Origin: a virus
Strand: one strand, 5' to 3'
IMG/VR virus record: IMGVR_UViG_3300031227_000023
Location: 1 to 64,000 of that record
DNA: 64,000 bases
Made by a program: the position numbers and the translations under genes. Below are positions 30,417 to 40,444 of the stretch, piece after piece. The notes below the pieces were generated by a model, which saw only the letters and a program-made list of their open reading frames with translations, did no database searches and was not told the origin of the DNA. Positions within the stretch are counted from its first letter, which is position 1; each line of letters opens with the position of its first letter.

Positions 30417-31955
30417 TTACATTTGCAGGCCGGTTGTACCATTAATCAGGATCACTGTGCCAAGCACAGGGAATTCACTGTTTTGCAAATCCACATCCTC
30501 ATGCGACCCGTTCAGCAGAAAGCCGCTTGGCTGCGGTTCCATCTTGCGCACGCCCGTGACATCACGAACCGCGTTGTATATATCAGACAAGGCAATTTCC
30601 CCTGCTGAATTGCCGTCTTCATCCAAAAAGTTTCCACCAAAATCAACATGGGGATTTTCATCCCCTTCATCATCACCGGATGAAATCGTGATTTCAAAGA
30701 ACGTGGCCAGTGCAGCTTCAACAGCAGCCTTCACCACGGCTTCAGTGTATCCAGAATGAAGGAACACTGTGGCCTGCACGTTGATTGTTTTATACCGTGC
30801 GCTTTGCACATCTAACCTGAAGGTCAAAGTATTGGGGTATGTAACTGTCACAAGCGTTTCAACCGCAGCCAACAGCGCACTGCTTGCCGTTCCCCCACCC
30901 GCAGGAACAACATAAAGAATTCCCGCGTTTTCATCAATCCCACTATCCTGATTGCTTGTGTGCATCAGGACACGTGCGGCTGAAGAATTCCGCAGGGCAT
31001 TGTTTTCATAATCATCACGGGTAACAGTGCGGTTCAACGTGCGCAGGCTAGCAGGGGCACGCCTACGGGCAGCAGCAACCGTTTCACGATCAACCCCACC
31101 GCTTGCACTCGCCACGTTGGTCACTGTGATATTCGCAACCGTTCCATTGGCGTCACGAAATGTTTCATCTATTGCCGTCAATGTGCCCGCGCCAACCTTG
31201 CCCACCGTGCCACCACCGGTCTTGTACACAACCGTGATTGCGCCACTTGGCACTTGCCCAAGCACGCCATCCCCAAACGCAATCCAAGCCCTGTCATATT
31301 CATCAACCCGAATAGTACAATGCCTGTCTGTGTTTTCACTGAACAGCAACGTGCCTTGTTCATCCCACGTGCCTTCAGCCGTGCTGATCACCGTGTTTAC
31401 AGTGCCGCCTTCAGGAGTTTCCAAGTATGGCGTGTATTGCAAGCTGAACAATTGATTGGGCAGCGTGGTGCTTGTGAACTGTTCCGTGTATGAAGTGCTG
31501 TGTTCAGCGGCAACAGTCTTTGCGCCCGTTTCACCTGCCGTCCAAACCACATCTGCCAACGTCTGAAAATAAATGGGATTTTCTGTCAGGGTGCGCACCA
31601 CCGTGCCCGCAGGCACCGTACATGTTGCAGGCAATGCTTCCTGCAATGTCAGGGTCAAATCAACCGTGGCTGCCACTGCGCCGGAAAGTTCATAGTTGAT
31701 CAGCCGTGAAAGTTTGATCAGGCTTCCCCGCAACTGCGCCTGTGTGATCCTGCTTTCACGCACCTGCCGGTCAAGATAGTACACCACCACATCACCGGTG
31801 AAGGCAAAGGCTTCAAGCAGCACCACGCCAAAATCACCAACCTGTGAACTTGTCCACTCTGGAAATGCGTGCTTGATCAAATCAAGCAGCCGCAGTTTCA
31901 AGGAATCGAAATCCTTGTCTGTGTAATCCAAAGTGCCAGTGGGAAGAATTGCCAT
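30417..31955 (-). CDS. Baseplate J/gp47-family wedge protein
   Basis: DYTDKDFDS, FPEWT, D.GVVLLE, FGDG..G..P, GGVDRET, R.VT.DDYE. Confidence 0.93.
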   Translation of the reverse strand: MAILPTGTLDYTDKDFDSLKLRLLDLIKHAFPEWTSSQVGDFGVVLLEAFAFTGDVVVYYLDRQVRESRITQAQLRGSLIKLSRLINYELSGAVAATVDLTLTLQEALPATCTVPAGTVVRTLTENPIYFQTLADVVWTAGETGAKTVAAEHSTSYTEQFTSTTLPNQLFSLQYTPYLETPEGGTVNTVISTAEGTWDEQGTLLFSENTDRHCTIRVDEYDRAWIAFGDGVLGQVPSGAITVVYKTGGGTVGKVGAGTLTAIDETFRDANGTVANITVTNVASASGGVDRETVAAARRRAPASLRTLNRTVTRDDYENNALRNSSAARVLMHTSNQDSGIDENAGILYVVPAGGGTASSALLAAVETLVTVTYPNTLTFRLDVQSARYKTINVQATVFLHSGYTEAVVKAAVEAALATFFEITISSGDDEGDENPHVDFGGNFLDEDGNSAGEIALSDIYNAVRDVTGVRKMEPQPSGFLLNGSHEDVDLQNSEFPVLGTVILINGTTGLQM

Positions 31956-31957
31956 TG

Positions 31958-32416
31958 TTATTGCTCCAACCGTGCAACCACTTGCGCTTCTTCCACCGTG
32001 GCAGACAAAGCACCTGCTGCACGCGGGGTGAACAGCACACGAATTTTTACAAAGTTTTTATGTGGGTCTTCAGGCTGATTGCTGCTTGCGAACCGCTCAA
32101 CCTTCACGCCACGCAATTGGATTCTTGGTTCATATTTGCGCAGCACTTCGGCAGTATAAAACCCGGCCACGTGCTGCATCGTTTCAATGGGCATTGTGCT
32201 GTGCAGCAGCGTGTGAATCCGGCTGCCCCGCTCTGTGTCCCAAGGCAGTTCCCCAACTTCCTGCCCATCAGGGCCACGTGTCATCAATAACTGTTCGATT
32301 GCAGCACGCAACTGATCGATGCCACTTGCCGTGGAAAAATCACCTTTCCCATTCCGCTGAAACGGATGCGTTGGCCCGTTCCAAAATCGTTCTGTTCCGG
32401 TGGTAAAAGCCGTCAA
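31958..32416 (-). CDS. gp25/GPW-like baseplate wedge (sheath initiator)
   Basis: IEQLLMT..GE...GS.I...YEPRI. Confidence 0.88.
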   Translation of the reverse strand: MTAFTTGTERFWNGPTHPFQRNGKGDFSTASGIDQLRAAIEQLLMTRGPDGQEVGELPWDTERGSRIHTLLHSTMPIETMQHVAGFYTAEVLRKYEPRIQLRGVKVERFASSNQPEDPHKNFVKIRVLFTPRAAGALSATVEEAQVVARLEQ

Positions 32417-33171
32417 GGTAATTTCTCCAAAACGGTATACACCTGTTGCAGTGCAGACCGCAGTGCGTTCAGCGTGCTGCTGATTTCATCCAAAGCATCT
32501 GAATTCAAATTCACGACCGGGCCACTCATCACAGAAAAATCAGGCGCAGGAATTTCCACGCCTGCCAACGAACCGAATTGCACCACAATGTCAAAAATCA
32601 ATGACAGTTGGCCCAACAAGGTGCCCGCATATTTGTACTGCTTACAGATCCGGCCCGCAGTTGTATGATACACACGTTCCAATTCAACGTCATTTAATTT
32701 GGCAACCGCAATTCCCATGGGTTTCAACTTAATAGAGGAACGCTTGACGGCTTCCACCATGCTTGCCACAGCATCAACAGCCTGAAGGATTGCGCACACC
32801 ATCCCGCGCAACGTTGCCCCAAGGCTGTACACGGGCAGTAACTTCACCACACCCATCAGCTTTTCAATCAGGTTGGGCAGACATTCGGCCAAACCCACAA
32901 GCACCGTGATAGGATTTGCCTGTGTCACCCCATCCTTGACAGATTCAACACAATCCAACAAAGCCTTCAGGATTTCCAGCACTTCAAAGATTGGGTGGAA
33001 CGGCATGGATGCGGTGTTGATCTGATTCAGAATGGTACTGGCAATGGCTTCCGGTGTCGGATAGCCAATGGTCATGTTCAGCGCCAATTCCCCACCACCC
33101 GGAAAGACCAACGCACAGTCACTTCCCGGATTCCTGCACACCACAAGAATGTCAGTTTCTTCATCAGCCAT
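32413..33171 (-). CDS. Hypothetical helical protein in the baseplate module
   Basis: 252-aa ORF between the spike and gp25 genes. Confidence 0.7.
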   Translation of the reverse strand: MADEETDILVVCRNPGSDCALVFPGGGELALNMTIGYPTPEAIASTILNQINTASMPFHPIFEVLEILKALLDCVESVKDGVTQANPITVLVGLAECLPNLIEKLMGVVKLLPVYSLGATLRGMVCAILQAVDAVASMVEAVKRSSIKLKPMGIAVAKLNDVELERVYHTTAGRICKQYKYAGTLLGQLSLIFDIVVQFGSLAGVEIPAPDFSVMSGPVVNLNSDALDEISSTLNALRSALQQVYTVLEKLP

Positions 33172-33174
33172 TAT

Positions 33175-33732
33175 TCACCCAAGGGGAACATCAGGGTTGG
33201 GCACAACGCCACGTTCCATAATTGTTACCGCGTTTGCGTCCAGATTAATTTCACCAATCGCCTTCAGCGTGATCTTTGTTGCCGCAGAAATCGTGATCGA
33301 ATTGGCATCTGCATCAATTTCAATCTTGTCTTCTTCCACATCAATGCCCGTGCCAAGATTCTTTATTGACTTGATCGTGGCCTTGCGTTGGCCTTCCCGT
33401 TCATCAACAACCACCCGGAACGTTTCCGTTTCAAAAACAGACACCAACGGGCTTTCATACTCTGTCGGAACTTCCTGCCCCGGCTGCTTGCTATACGGGC
33501 CAATATCAAACAACGGGTCATCAATGTTGCCCCGGTTGAATTCCACCTTTACCAATTGCCCTTGCCGTGGCGTGTGCCGGGTGGCCAAACCAACCGGCCT
33601 TGCCCATCCACTTTTTGGTTCAAGCAAGCCTTCCACATTCACCTTGACACGGCGCAGGTTTTCCGGGTCTGCGGTGTCCATCACTTTCCCAACGTAGCTT
33701 CCCCAATACCTTGCTTCTGTCGGTGCTTGCAT
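33175..33732 (-). CDS. Baseplate spike (gpV/gp5 OB-fold)
   Basis: YVGKVMDTADPENLRRVKVNV, WARP, P..GQLVKVEF.RG.IDDP. Confidence 0.9.
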   Translation of the reverse strand: MQAPTEARYWGSYVGKVMDTADPENLRRVKVNVEGLLEPKSGWARPVGLATRHTPRQGQLVKVEFNRGNIDDPLFDIGPYSKQPGQEVPTEYESPLVSVFETETFRVVVDEREGQRKATIKSIKNLGTGIDVEEDKIEIDADANSITISAATKITLKAIGEINLDANAVTIMERGVVPNPDVPLG

Positions 33733-35060
33733 TAGGCTGCCCCTTTAAAACGTTCAATTGGATCACCCCACTTCACCACCTTGCCGGTGCCATCAACCCA
33801 ATTCTCATACAGCCACAGTTGCCCGCCAAAGGCATCGTTGTGGTGTGGCCTTGCCTTGGGTATTCCTTTGGTGATGCCACCGGCCTGCGGTGCCAATGCC
33901 GGATTAATCCGGGCATGGTTTTCCTGCACCACCCTGCGCCGCAGGTTTCCAACAGCATCCTTGCGCAAAACCAAATCCTGCGTGTACCCGCCCGCTGTCA
34001 CCGTTGACTTGCACGTCTTCACATAATAGCTTCCAGAAAGATAATCACTAATGCCCCACACTTCAACGATCTGCTTTGCGGCAACCATCGGATCACCTTT
34101 GACATTCAGCTTTAATTCATAATGCCTTGCCGCACTGTTGATGTAATTGTTGCGTGCAATTTGTTCAGCCGTCGCACGGGTGCCCGGCACACCACGGGTC
34201 AGCCCACGCCCCACCCGCGCCATCACCTTGCTGCCGCCAATCCGTGCCGGGTCTTCCACTTCCAGGATCTTCCCCAACCCATCACGGTCTGTTTCTTGGT
34301 TCCCGGCTTTCACTTCAAACTCTTCACCGGTGATCGGATTGCGCCCAACAATTTTAATAATGCCCGCAGCCCGGCTGAAATCAGCCCTGAACGTTGGCTT
34401 GCCGATAATGTCGCCACCGGGGTGCGAACCGTCCACTTCATATCCATAGCTGTACACTTTCACCGGTGGGCTCCACAGGGCCAAGCTGTGGAAATGGAAC
34501 CCGGTGTGATCCGCATACAGCCGCCACCCCAACCGGTTGGCCAGCCGCTTCAAAAACTTTGCATCCGTTTCCCCGGCCTGATGTATATGCGGCAGGATTT
34601 CACCCGAATCTTCAACCCACACCCACGGGTTCACATATCCGTGCCGGGCAGCCATGATCTGTGCCACGTCACTGATTTTCATGTCAATGAACGTGTTGCT
34701 TTTTTCATCTATATCGGCCAGCACAATTTTGCTATGCCCTTCAATCTTCAACCTTTCAAAGCCTGTGATTTTCTTAATAACCAAATCACGCGGGGGTGTC
34801 ATTGCACCGATGTACCCCCATGATGCCCGGATGATTTCACCGGCCTTCAGCCGTTGGTCATCCAACATGGCAAGATCATGGTTGGCAAGTTCAACAATCA
34901 AACGATCAGCACCAGAATCCACATCTTCATGCATCAGCCGCAGGAATCGCTTGCCAGTTTCTTCCTGATCAAAATACACATCAGGCTCATCCCCATCAAT
35001 CATGGATAGGGTAAGCACCGGCCCGCGCCTGTTGTATTCAGATTCCACACCCACGTTCAA
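33732..35060 (-). CDS. Baseplate hub (gpD/late control D-like)
   Basis: HQAGETDAKFLKRLA, GDP...AKQIV..G...SGSYYV..C...GGY. Confidence 0.9.
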   Translation of the reverse strand: MNVGVESEYNRRGPVLTLSMIDGDEPDVYFDQEETGKRFLRLMHEDVDSGADRLIVELANHDLAMLDDQRLKAGEIIRASWGYIGAMTPPRDLVIKKITGFERLKIEGHSKIVLADIDEKSNTFIDMKISDVAQIMAARHGYVNPWVWVEDSGEILPHIHQAGETDAKFLKRLANRLGWRLYADHTGFHFHSLALWSPPVKVYSYGYEVDGSHPGGDIIGKPTFRADFSRAAGIIKIVGRNPITGEEFEVKAGNQETDRDGLGKILEVEDPARIGGSKVMARVGRGLTRGVPGTRATAEQIARNNYINSAARHYELKLNVKGDPMVAAKQIVEVWGISDYLSGSYYVKTCKSTVTAGGYTQDLVLRKDAVGNLRRRVVQENHARINPALAPQAGGITKGIPKARPHHNDAFGGQLWLYENWVDGTGKVVKWGDPIERFKGAA

Positions 35061-35395
35061 AACTCCTTCAGTCTGCCATAATCCAAGATTTTATCACGCA
35101 ACGTGCGCAGGCTTGGGATGTACACAACCGTTCCCATTGCCGGGGGAACAGTAGGATCAACCACCGGCACCGGCTGGAAGTCTGCGATTGCCCACCAAAA
35201 ACCCGCAGGCCGGACCATGCCCTTGAAATAAAATCCAGCAAGTGACATCCACGTGTCACCGCTGCGTGCAGTATGCACGGCATTGTCCACAAGATTTTGA
35301 TACCTGTATGGTTCGTCTTCTGTCAGGAAGCGTTCACCACTAGCCAAGGTGACATCAGTGCACAGGAAGTGCCTGCTATTTGCTGCGGCTGGCAT
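35057..35395 (-). CDS. LysM/tail protein X-like baseplate protein
   Basis: HTARSGDTWMSLA..Y.....WWAIADF...G.VVYIPS. Confidence 0.8.
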   Translation of the reverse strand: MPAAANSRHFLCTDVTLASGERFLTEDEPYRYQNLVDNAVHTARSGDTWMSLAGFYFKGMVRPAGFWWAIADFQPVPVVDPTVPPAMGTVVYIPSLRTLRDKILDYGRLKEF

Positions 35396-35399
35396 ACGA

Positions 35400-36011
35400 T
35401 CACCCCCACTCTGTGCCGTTGGCACGCAAGTCTTCTGCATACATTCTGGAATCACGCACAGACTCAAGCGTGAACTTGGCCGTGTACGCCCAAAGGTCAA
35501 GCGTTCCGGTAAATCGCTTGTACTCGAAATGCAGCCCACGCATGACGCATTCCATTCCGAACAGACCCGGCCACACAAACAACAAGGAATCAGGTGCCCC
35601 ACCAATGACGCCCGCGCCCGCATTACTCACAGCCATGAAAGACAACAGGAACTTCCTGAAATCCTTCACTTCACCCACGGCATCAGCAAGACCACGCTGC
35701 CGTTCGATTGCAGTGAAAAACTGATCCACATACAACTGAATTGGAATTTCATGATTGCCGGTGTGGCTGAAAGTCAATGGCTGATGTGACATCCCCATGA
35801 TGTCATCTTTATTGTAATAGGCTTCAATGCTGTGTTCAAACGTTTCAGGGTTCAAAGGGAATTCCCTTTCTTCCCCATCACGCAAGTTTTTTATGAACGC
35901 CTTCGTTGGATCAGTTGTTGCAAATCCCCACCCTTCAAACACCGGGGGTTCCCGCTGTTCCTGCCCCTGCTGATCTATCGGTGGAAACAAATCACCTTGT
36001 AATACAGGCAT
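35400..36011 (-). CDS. Tube initiator (CIS tube protein-like)
   Basis: FPLNPE...Y...G.SH..L.F, APD.LLFVW; follows the tape measure gene. Confidence 0.75.
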   Translation of the reverse strand: MPVLQGDLFPPIDQQGQEQREPPVFEGWGFATTDPTKAFIKNLRDGEEREFPLNPETFEHSIEAYYNKDDIMGMSHQPLTFSHTGNHEIPIQLYVDQFFTAIERQRGLADAVGEVKDFRKFLLSFMAVSNAGAGVIGGAPDSLLFVWPGLFGMECVMRGLHFEYKRFTGTLDLWAYTAKFTLESVRDSRMYAEDLRANGTEWG

Positions 36012-36020
36012 GGCTTCTTC

Positions 36021-38753
36021 CTATGTTGCAGGCGATGGTTCAAGCATTCTAGCATCACGGGCTTCCCTAGCATTGGCCACTGCTTCTGCCACCACATCAC
36101 CATCAATTTCCACCGTCACCTGTGTTGGCCTGTCTATCGCTGCCTTCATATCAGCACGCAACGCATCCCACTGTTTCTGATAGTCTGCTTGCGCACGTGC
36201 AGCTATCTTGCTTTGCGCTGCAACTCTTGCCGCCACATTATTCACACCTGTTGGATCTGGAATCACAGCCTGCCGCGCCTGCTGCACCACTTCCGGGCCA
36301 CCGTTGGCAGCAACCTGCAATGTAGCTTCAGCAGCAGCGGCTTCCCGTTGCCGCCTCTTTACAATACGGAAAGCAAACTGCCGTTCAAGCCGTTCCTGTG
36401 TCTGCCCATTAACAGTATCGGTTTCCTTCATTTGTGCGAACATTGCCGCTGCACGTTTCTGAATGTCCGCACGCTGCGCCTGATTCATTGACTGCAACGC
36501 TTCTTCACCGGTTGCCGCAAACTTTTCTGTTACGCTTTTTTCCAACCCCAATTTTTCACGGATGTGGGTGATGGTTTCCTTGATTTCATCCCACTTGTGT
36601 GCCAGCAACAACAGCCCTGCGGCAATGGCAGCAATGGCCAAAGAAATTGCACCAAACGGGGTGACGGACCACGCCAAGGAAATGGCTGCACCCATCATGC
36701 GCATGAACAGCAACAGCGGCTTTAAGATAATCAGCCCGGCAGTAACGGCAAGAATGCCGGTTGCAATTCCGCCCAACACCTTGCCAGTGATTTCACCGGC
36801 CCCGTTCCACCCAACAATCGCATCCTTGTTTTTATCAAATTCCCCCGTGCCGCCATTGATAATATCCCACACCAAACTGAACGCATCACCCATCATGCCG
36901 AGCATGGGAAGTAAATAATTGTCAGCAGCATCAGCAATGCCTTCCACCATCCCATCAAAGAACTTCCCAACCCTTGTGAAAAACTGGCTTGCATTATCCA
37001 CAAACTTCAGCAGCCCTTCATTTTCCGCCTTCCCCAACTCCTTTGTCATAGCATCAGACAAATGGCCATCAACCAACAACTGCACCAACGCTTGGAATCC
37101 AAGCTTGACCTTTTGCAACGGTCCAAGGAATTTATCCAAATCATCACTGCCCTTGCTGAACTGTTCCCGCACCACCTTGAACATCTTGTACATCACCCAC
37201 CCAATTGCAACGATGGGAAGAATGGTCAACATCAACTTGCCCATCATCAACATCATCCCCTTGGCACTGATGCCAAGCAAGCCCATCACGCCCTTCACCA
37301 ACAGGATTGTTCCGGCCAACATCAGGAAAGAACCTGTAAGCACTACAACCTTGGAAATCAACCGCTTTGTTCCATCATCCAACCCGCGCCACGTAACAAT
37401 CAGCTTGTTCAAATTTTCAATCATCCACTCAATGGCAGGCCGCATGACCTGTGCAAACGCCTTGCCAAACACAATTTCAAACGTCTGCGCAGAACCCTGC
37501 AACAGAATCATTTGCCCCTTGAACGTATCCAACAGCTTCTTCCTGAATTCTTCAGCCGCGCCTTCTGCACCTTCAATTGCAAACCGCATGGCATTGACTG
37601 CCGCCCGACCCTTCACCAACATCTTGGTTGCCGGATCAAGTGCATTAGTCAGGAACACCACGGCATCTGCATTTTTCAACACCGATCCGCTGCCGGTCTT
37701 AATCGCGCCACCACTCTTTTCAATCTCTGCCCGCAGATCCCTATAACCCTTTTCACCAATGATCATTTCACCGTTGGCCAGCTTCACTGCTTCCCGGTTG
37801 GCAAGAATGGCTTTAGTAACGGCACGGGTCACACCGGAAAATGAAAGGATTCCGCGCCTGCCCGCAAGGGTGGCTTCAAGACTCTGCCGCTTTTCATCCG
37901 TCCAATCTTTTGTGACTTCAGCAAGATCCAAAATGATATCCATCATCGGGCGCATTTGCTTAGTTTCTTCATCGAAAACCTTTGCAAACGGCTTGATTGC
38001 ATCCTGCACGCGACGTTCAGAGCCCAACCGCATGAACGCAGCAGACAACGCTGTCTGCGCCGTGAAGGCATCAATGCCCACGTTTCGCATCAGACCCATT
38101 GCAATCAGCATGTCATCAAAAGACTGCCGGAACGGGGAACCCTTACCCATCAACTTGGGGAACGCCCCGATCATGTCGCGTGTTTGAAAGTTGGTAAGCT
38201 GTGTCACCCGCAACAGCTTGTCAGTCATAAGTGCCGCTTCCCCAACATCACGCCCGTATGCCTTCAGTGAAGCAGACGCAATGGCAGCAGCATCAGCCAC
38301 GCCCAACTGACCCATGGAACCGGCAGCAAGATCCAAAGACGAACGCAGCACGGTCATGGAATCAGCCGCATCAAAGCCCGTAGCACCCAAGACTTCCAAG
38401 CCTTCAGCGGCTTCCAGTGGGCTAAACTGCGTGGCAATACCAGCACTGATTGCAGCGTTTTCAAGCAGTTTCAATTCCCGCGTGGTGGCCTGCGTGATCC
38501 CACTGACTGATGCCATCTTGAATTCAAATTCAGAAAAACCCTTTGCTGCGCTGAACGCACCTGAAAGCAACTTGGCACCGGCAGTGAAAGCAGCAAACCC
38601 CTGCCCCATCAGTTTCAGTGAAGCCGTGGCCGAACGGGTATGCCCGGCAAAGCCCATCATGCCGGAAGACATGTGGCGCATCATTTTGCCAAGGCCACCA
38701 TCCTTGCCTTGAAACAAAAACCCCGTGCCCATCAGGCCGCCATTCAGTGCCAT
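36021..38753 (-). CDS. Tail tape measure protein (TP901-family core)
   Basis: FEFKMASV...TQFSPLEAAEGLEVL...LDLAA core, long helical Ala-rich body, hydrophobic segments. Confidence 0.95.
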   Translation of the reverse strand: MALNGGLMGTGFLFQGKDGGLGKMMRHMSSGMMGFAGHTRSATASLKLMGQGFAAFTAGAKLLSGAFSAAKGFSEFEFKMASVSGITQATTRELKLLENAAISAGIATQFSPLEAAEGLEVLGATGFDAADSMTVLRSSLDLAAGSMGQLGVADAAAIASASLKAYGRDVGEAALMTDKLLRVTQLTNFQTRDMIGAFPKLMGKGSPFRQSFDDMLIAMGLMRNVGIDAFTAQTALSAAFMRLGSERRVQDAIKPFAKVFDEETKQMRPMMDIILDLAEVTKDWTDEKRQSLEATLAGRRGILSFSGVTRAVTKAILANREAVKLANGEMIIGEKGYRDLRAEIEKSGGAIKTGSGSVLKNADAVVFLTNALDPATKMLVKGRAAVNAMRFAIEGAEGAAEEFRKKLLDTFKGQMILLQGSAQTFEIVFGKAFAQVMRPAIEWMIENLNKLIVTWRGLDDGTKRLISKVVVLTGSFLMLAGTILLVKGVMGLLGISAKGMMLMMGKLMLTILPIVAIGWVMYKMFKVVREQFSKGSDDLDKFLGPLQKVKLGFQALVQLLVDGHLSDAMTKELGKAENEGLLKFVDNASQFFTRVGKFFDGMVEGIADAADNYLLPMLGMMGDAFSLVWDIINGGTGEFDKNKDAIVGWNGAGEITGKVLGGIATGILAVTAGLIILKPLLLFMRMMGAAISLAWSVTPFGAISLAIAAIAAGLLLLAHKWDEIKETITHIREKLGLEKSVTEKFAATGEEALQSMNQAQRADIQKRAAAMFAQMKETDTVNGQTQERLERQFAFRIVKRRQREAAAAEATLQVAANGGPEVVQQARQAVIPDPTGVNNVAARVAAQSKIAARAQADYQKQWDALRADMKAAIDRPTQVTVEIDGDVVAEAVANAREARDARMLEPSPAT

Positions 38754-38793
38754 TAGTCACGCCTTCCAATTGGCCAATGGCTGCCCGCGTTCG

Positions 38794-39066
38794 CTATCCT
38801 CTTGCCGCACGCGCTTCTTTTTGCCGCTGTTCTGTCACCCGATTCAACAGCCACAAGAATTGCTGCATGTCCAGTTCCCAAGCTTCCTTCCACGATATGT
38901 TCAGGCCACTGCCGTCTTGCTGCCACATCAGCCCAAACACGCCTTCAAGAATTTGTTCCCGGCTCATCACCGGGAACATGGCACCGATCAGTTCCGCTGC
39001 CGTCGCATCCGTGCCCTTTTCGATATACCAACCGCCGGAATCAGGAACCGTGAATCGCCAAAAGGG
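38794..39066 (-). CDS. Tail assembly chaperone C-terminal extension (gpGT-like, reached by -1 frameshift)
   Basis: The -1 frame is open from the C CCT TTT heptamer (39060-39066) through ORF 38794-38979. Confidence 0.65.
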   Translation of the reverse strand, partial: PFWRFTVPDSGGWYIEKGTDATAAELIGAMFPVMSREQILEGVFGLMWQQDGSGLNISWKEAWELDMQQFLWLLNRVTEQRQKEARAARG

Positions 39067-39848
39067 ATGTCGAAATCATAGGTTTCCCCGCAGGATGGGC
39101 AAGCCACATCAATGGTAGTGTCAACACCACAGTCCACCTGATCCATGTAATCACGCAACGCTTCTGCATCCTGCGTGTACATTTCCGATTCAATCCACTT
39201 GGGCAGATCCACACCCTTCACCCCTTCCACTTCCAGCACACGCATGCGCAGGGCTGCGCTTGATAGCTTCTGTCGCTGTTGGTGCTGTATCTTGGCAAAC
39301 TTCAGTTCATCTTCGCCGGTGGCCAGCTTGAACCAACACGTGCGCTTTGCAACTTCCAGCCCGAACGCAAACTTGTTGTCACCGGATTCCAGTATCGCCC
39401 GGCTTGCCTTCGGAAGTTCCTGCACGGTCAGTGCGTCAAGGTCCACTGCATTAGACTGATCCTTTTCCCCGCATTCCGTACACGTGGCGGGAATTTCATA
39501 ATTCTTCCCATCCTTCACGCTGATCTTCCTGAGATTAACCAACATGTGGAACCTGTCACCCTGCAACAGTTTCAGCGGGTTCAGCCGCGCACCGTCTTCA
39601 ATTCCCCACCCCGCATACACGCCCGGATCATCGACACCCAACAGGCAGGCGTCAAGGATTTGGGAAAGGGCAACGCCGCTGCGCATCTTGGCCCGATCCG
39701 CCAACGCATTCTGTTCCTTCACCTTCATTGGCCTGATCCGGTACACCATCCCAGACGGTGCCGTGAACTGTTGGCCATCACCCCCAATGGGTACTTCTTT
39801 TATGGGATCTTCTTTGGATGTCTTGGGCGGGTCTTTCTGTGGCATCAC
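38988..39848 (-). CDS. Tail assembly chaperone / baseplate hub assembly-like protein
   Basis: PSG...IRPMKVKEQ, L.GDR..L..LR..S, two CxxC pairs; between tube and tape measure genes. Confidence 0.8.
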   Translation of the reverse strand: MMPQKDPPKTSKEDPIKEVPIGGDGQQFTAPSGMVYRIRPMKVKEQNALADRAKMRSGVALSQILDACLLGVDDPGVYAGWGIEDGARLNPLKLLQGDRFHMLVNLRKISVKDGKNYEIPATCTECGEKDQSNAVDLDALTVQELPKASRAILESGDNKFAFGLEVAKRTCWFKLATGEDELKFAKIQHQQRQKLSSAALRMRVLEVEGVKGVDLPKWIESEMYTQDAEALRDYMDQVDCGVDTTIDVACPSCGETYDFDIPFGDSRFLIPAVGISKRARMRRQRN

Positions 39849-39943
39849 ATTGCCCTTTCATTTGATTGTTTCATTGTCCATTAAGTTAGCACCGACACGG
39901 GGCACCGGAATGCCCCGCATCAGCTAAGGGTTGACAGCCTTGA

Positions 39944-40396
39944 TCAAGCCGCTTCTTCCCAATAGTCACAGGCAATCACCACCGACTCTGCCCGGTGGTC
40001 ATCACTTGTTGCGTCAAAGTCACCTTCACTGAACCGCTTGCACCATGCGTTGAAACACCTGATGCGCTTCACGTCGTTCCCGGCCCGATCCAACTGCACA
40101 ACGTCAATCGTGCGGTACAGATCAGACGGGTTGGCACCGGTGCCTTCAGCCACAGCAACGCATTCCTTCATCCACTGAAGCAGATCAGTGTCATCATCGA
40201 ACACGCCCCGTTCCAACGTGATGTCAGGGAACGTGACAGTGGCACCCGGCTGCTTCTTAGCAATCAGGGAACCGCCTTGCTTGTAACTCGATTCACCGAC
40301 TTCCACAGCAAGTTCCGAACAGCTTTGGAATTCGGCAGACACCACCTTGTCAATCTCAACAAGGAAAGTGCCTTTCAACATGAAATCGCGTGCCAT
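39944..40396 (-). CDS. Tail tube protein (T4 gp19-like)
   Basis: FLVEID...F.SCS.L, PG...F.DITLERG, W, R.I.V..LD, NAW, DATS. Confidence 0.93.
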   Translation of the reverse strand: MARDFMLKGTFLVEIDKVVSAEFQSCSELAVEVGESSYKQGGSLIAKKQPGATVTFPDITLERGVFDDDTDLLQWMKECVAVAEGTGANPSDLYRTIDVVQLDRAGNDVKRIRCFNAWCKRFSEGDFDATSDDHRAESVVIACDYWEEAA

Positions 40397-40444
40397 GGTA
40401 GCAACCCTTTCACTTTAAATCAGACGGCAAAAACAGCACACCGA

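Noticed and set aside
39082-39089. GGGGAAAC as the chaperone slippery site
   Set aside because: Not in the required codon phase, and a -1-frame TGA follows immediately; CCCTTTT downstream fits
39899-39916. GGGGCA-TTCCGG-TGCCCC hairpin after the tube gene as a terminator
   Set aside because: No U-tract follows on the coding strand; may only stabilise the mRNA
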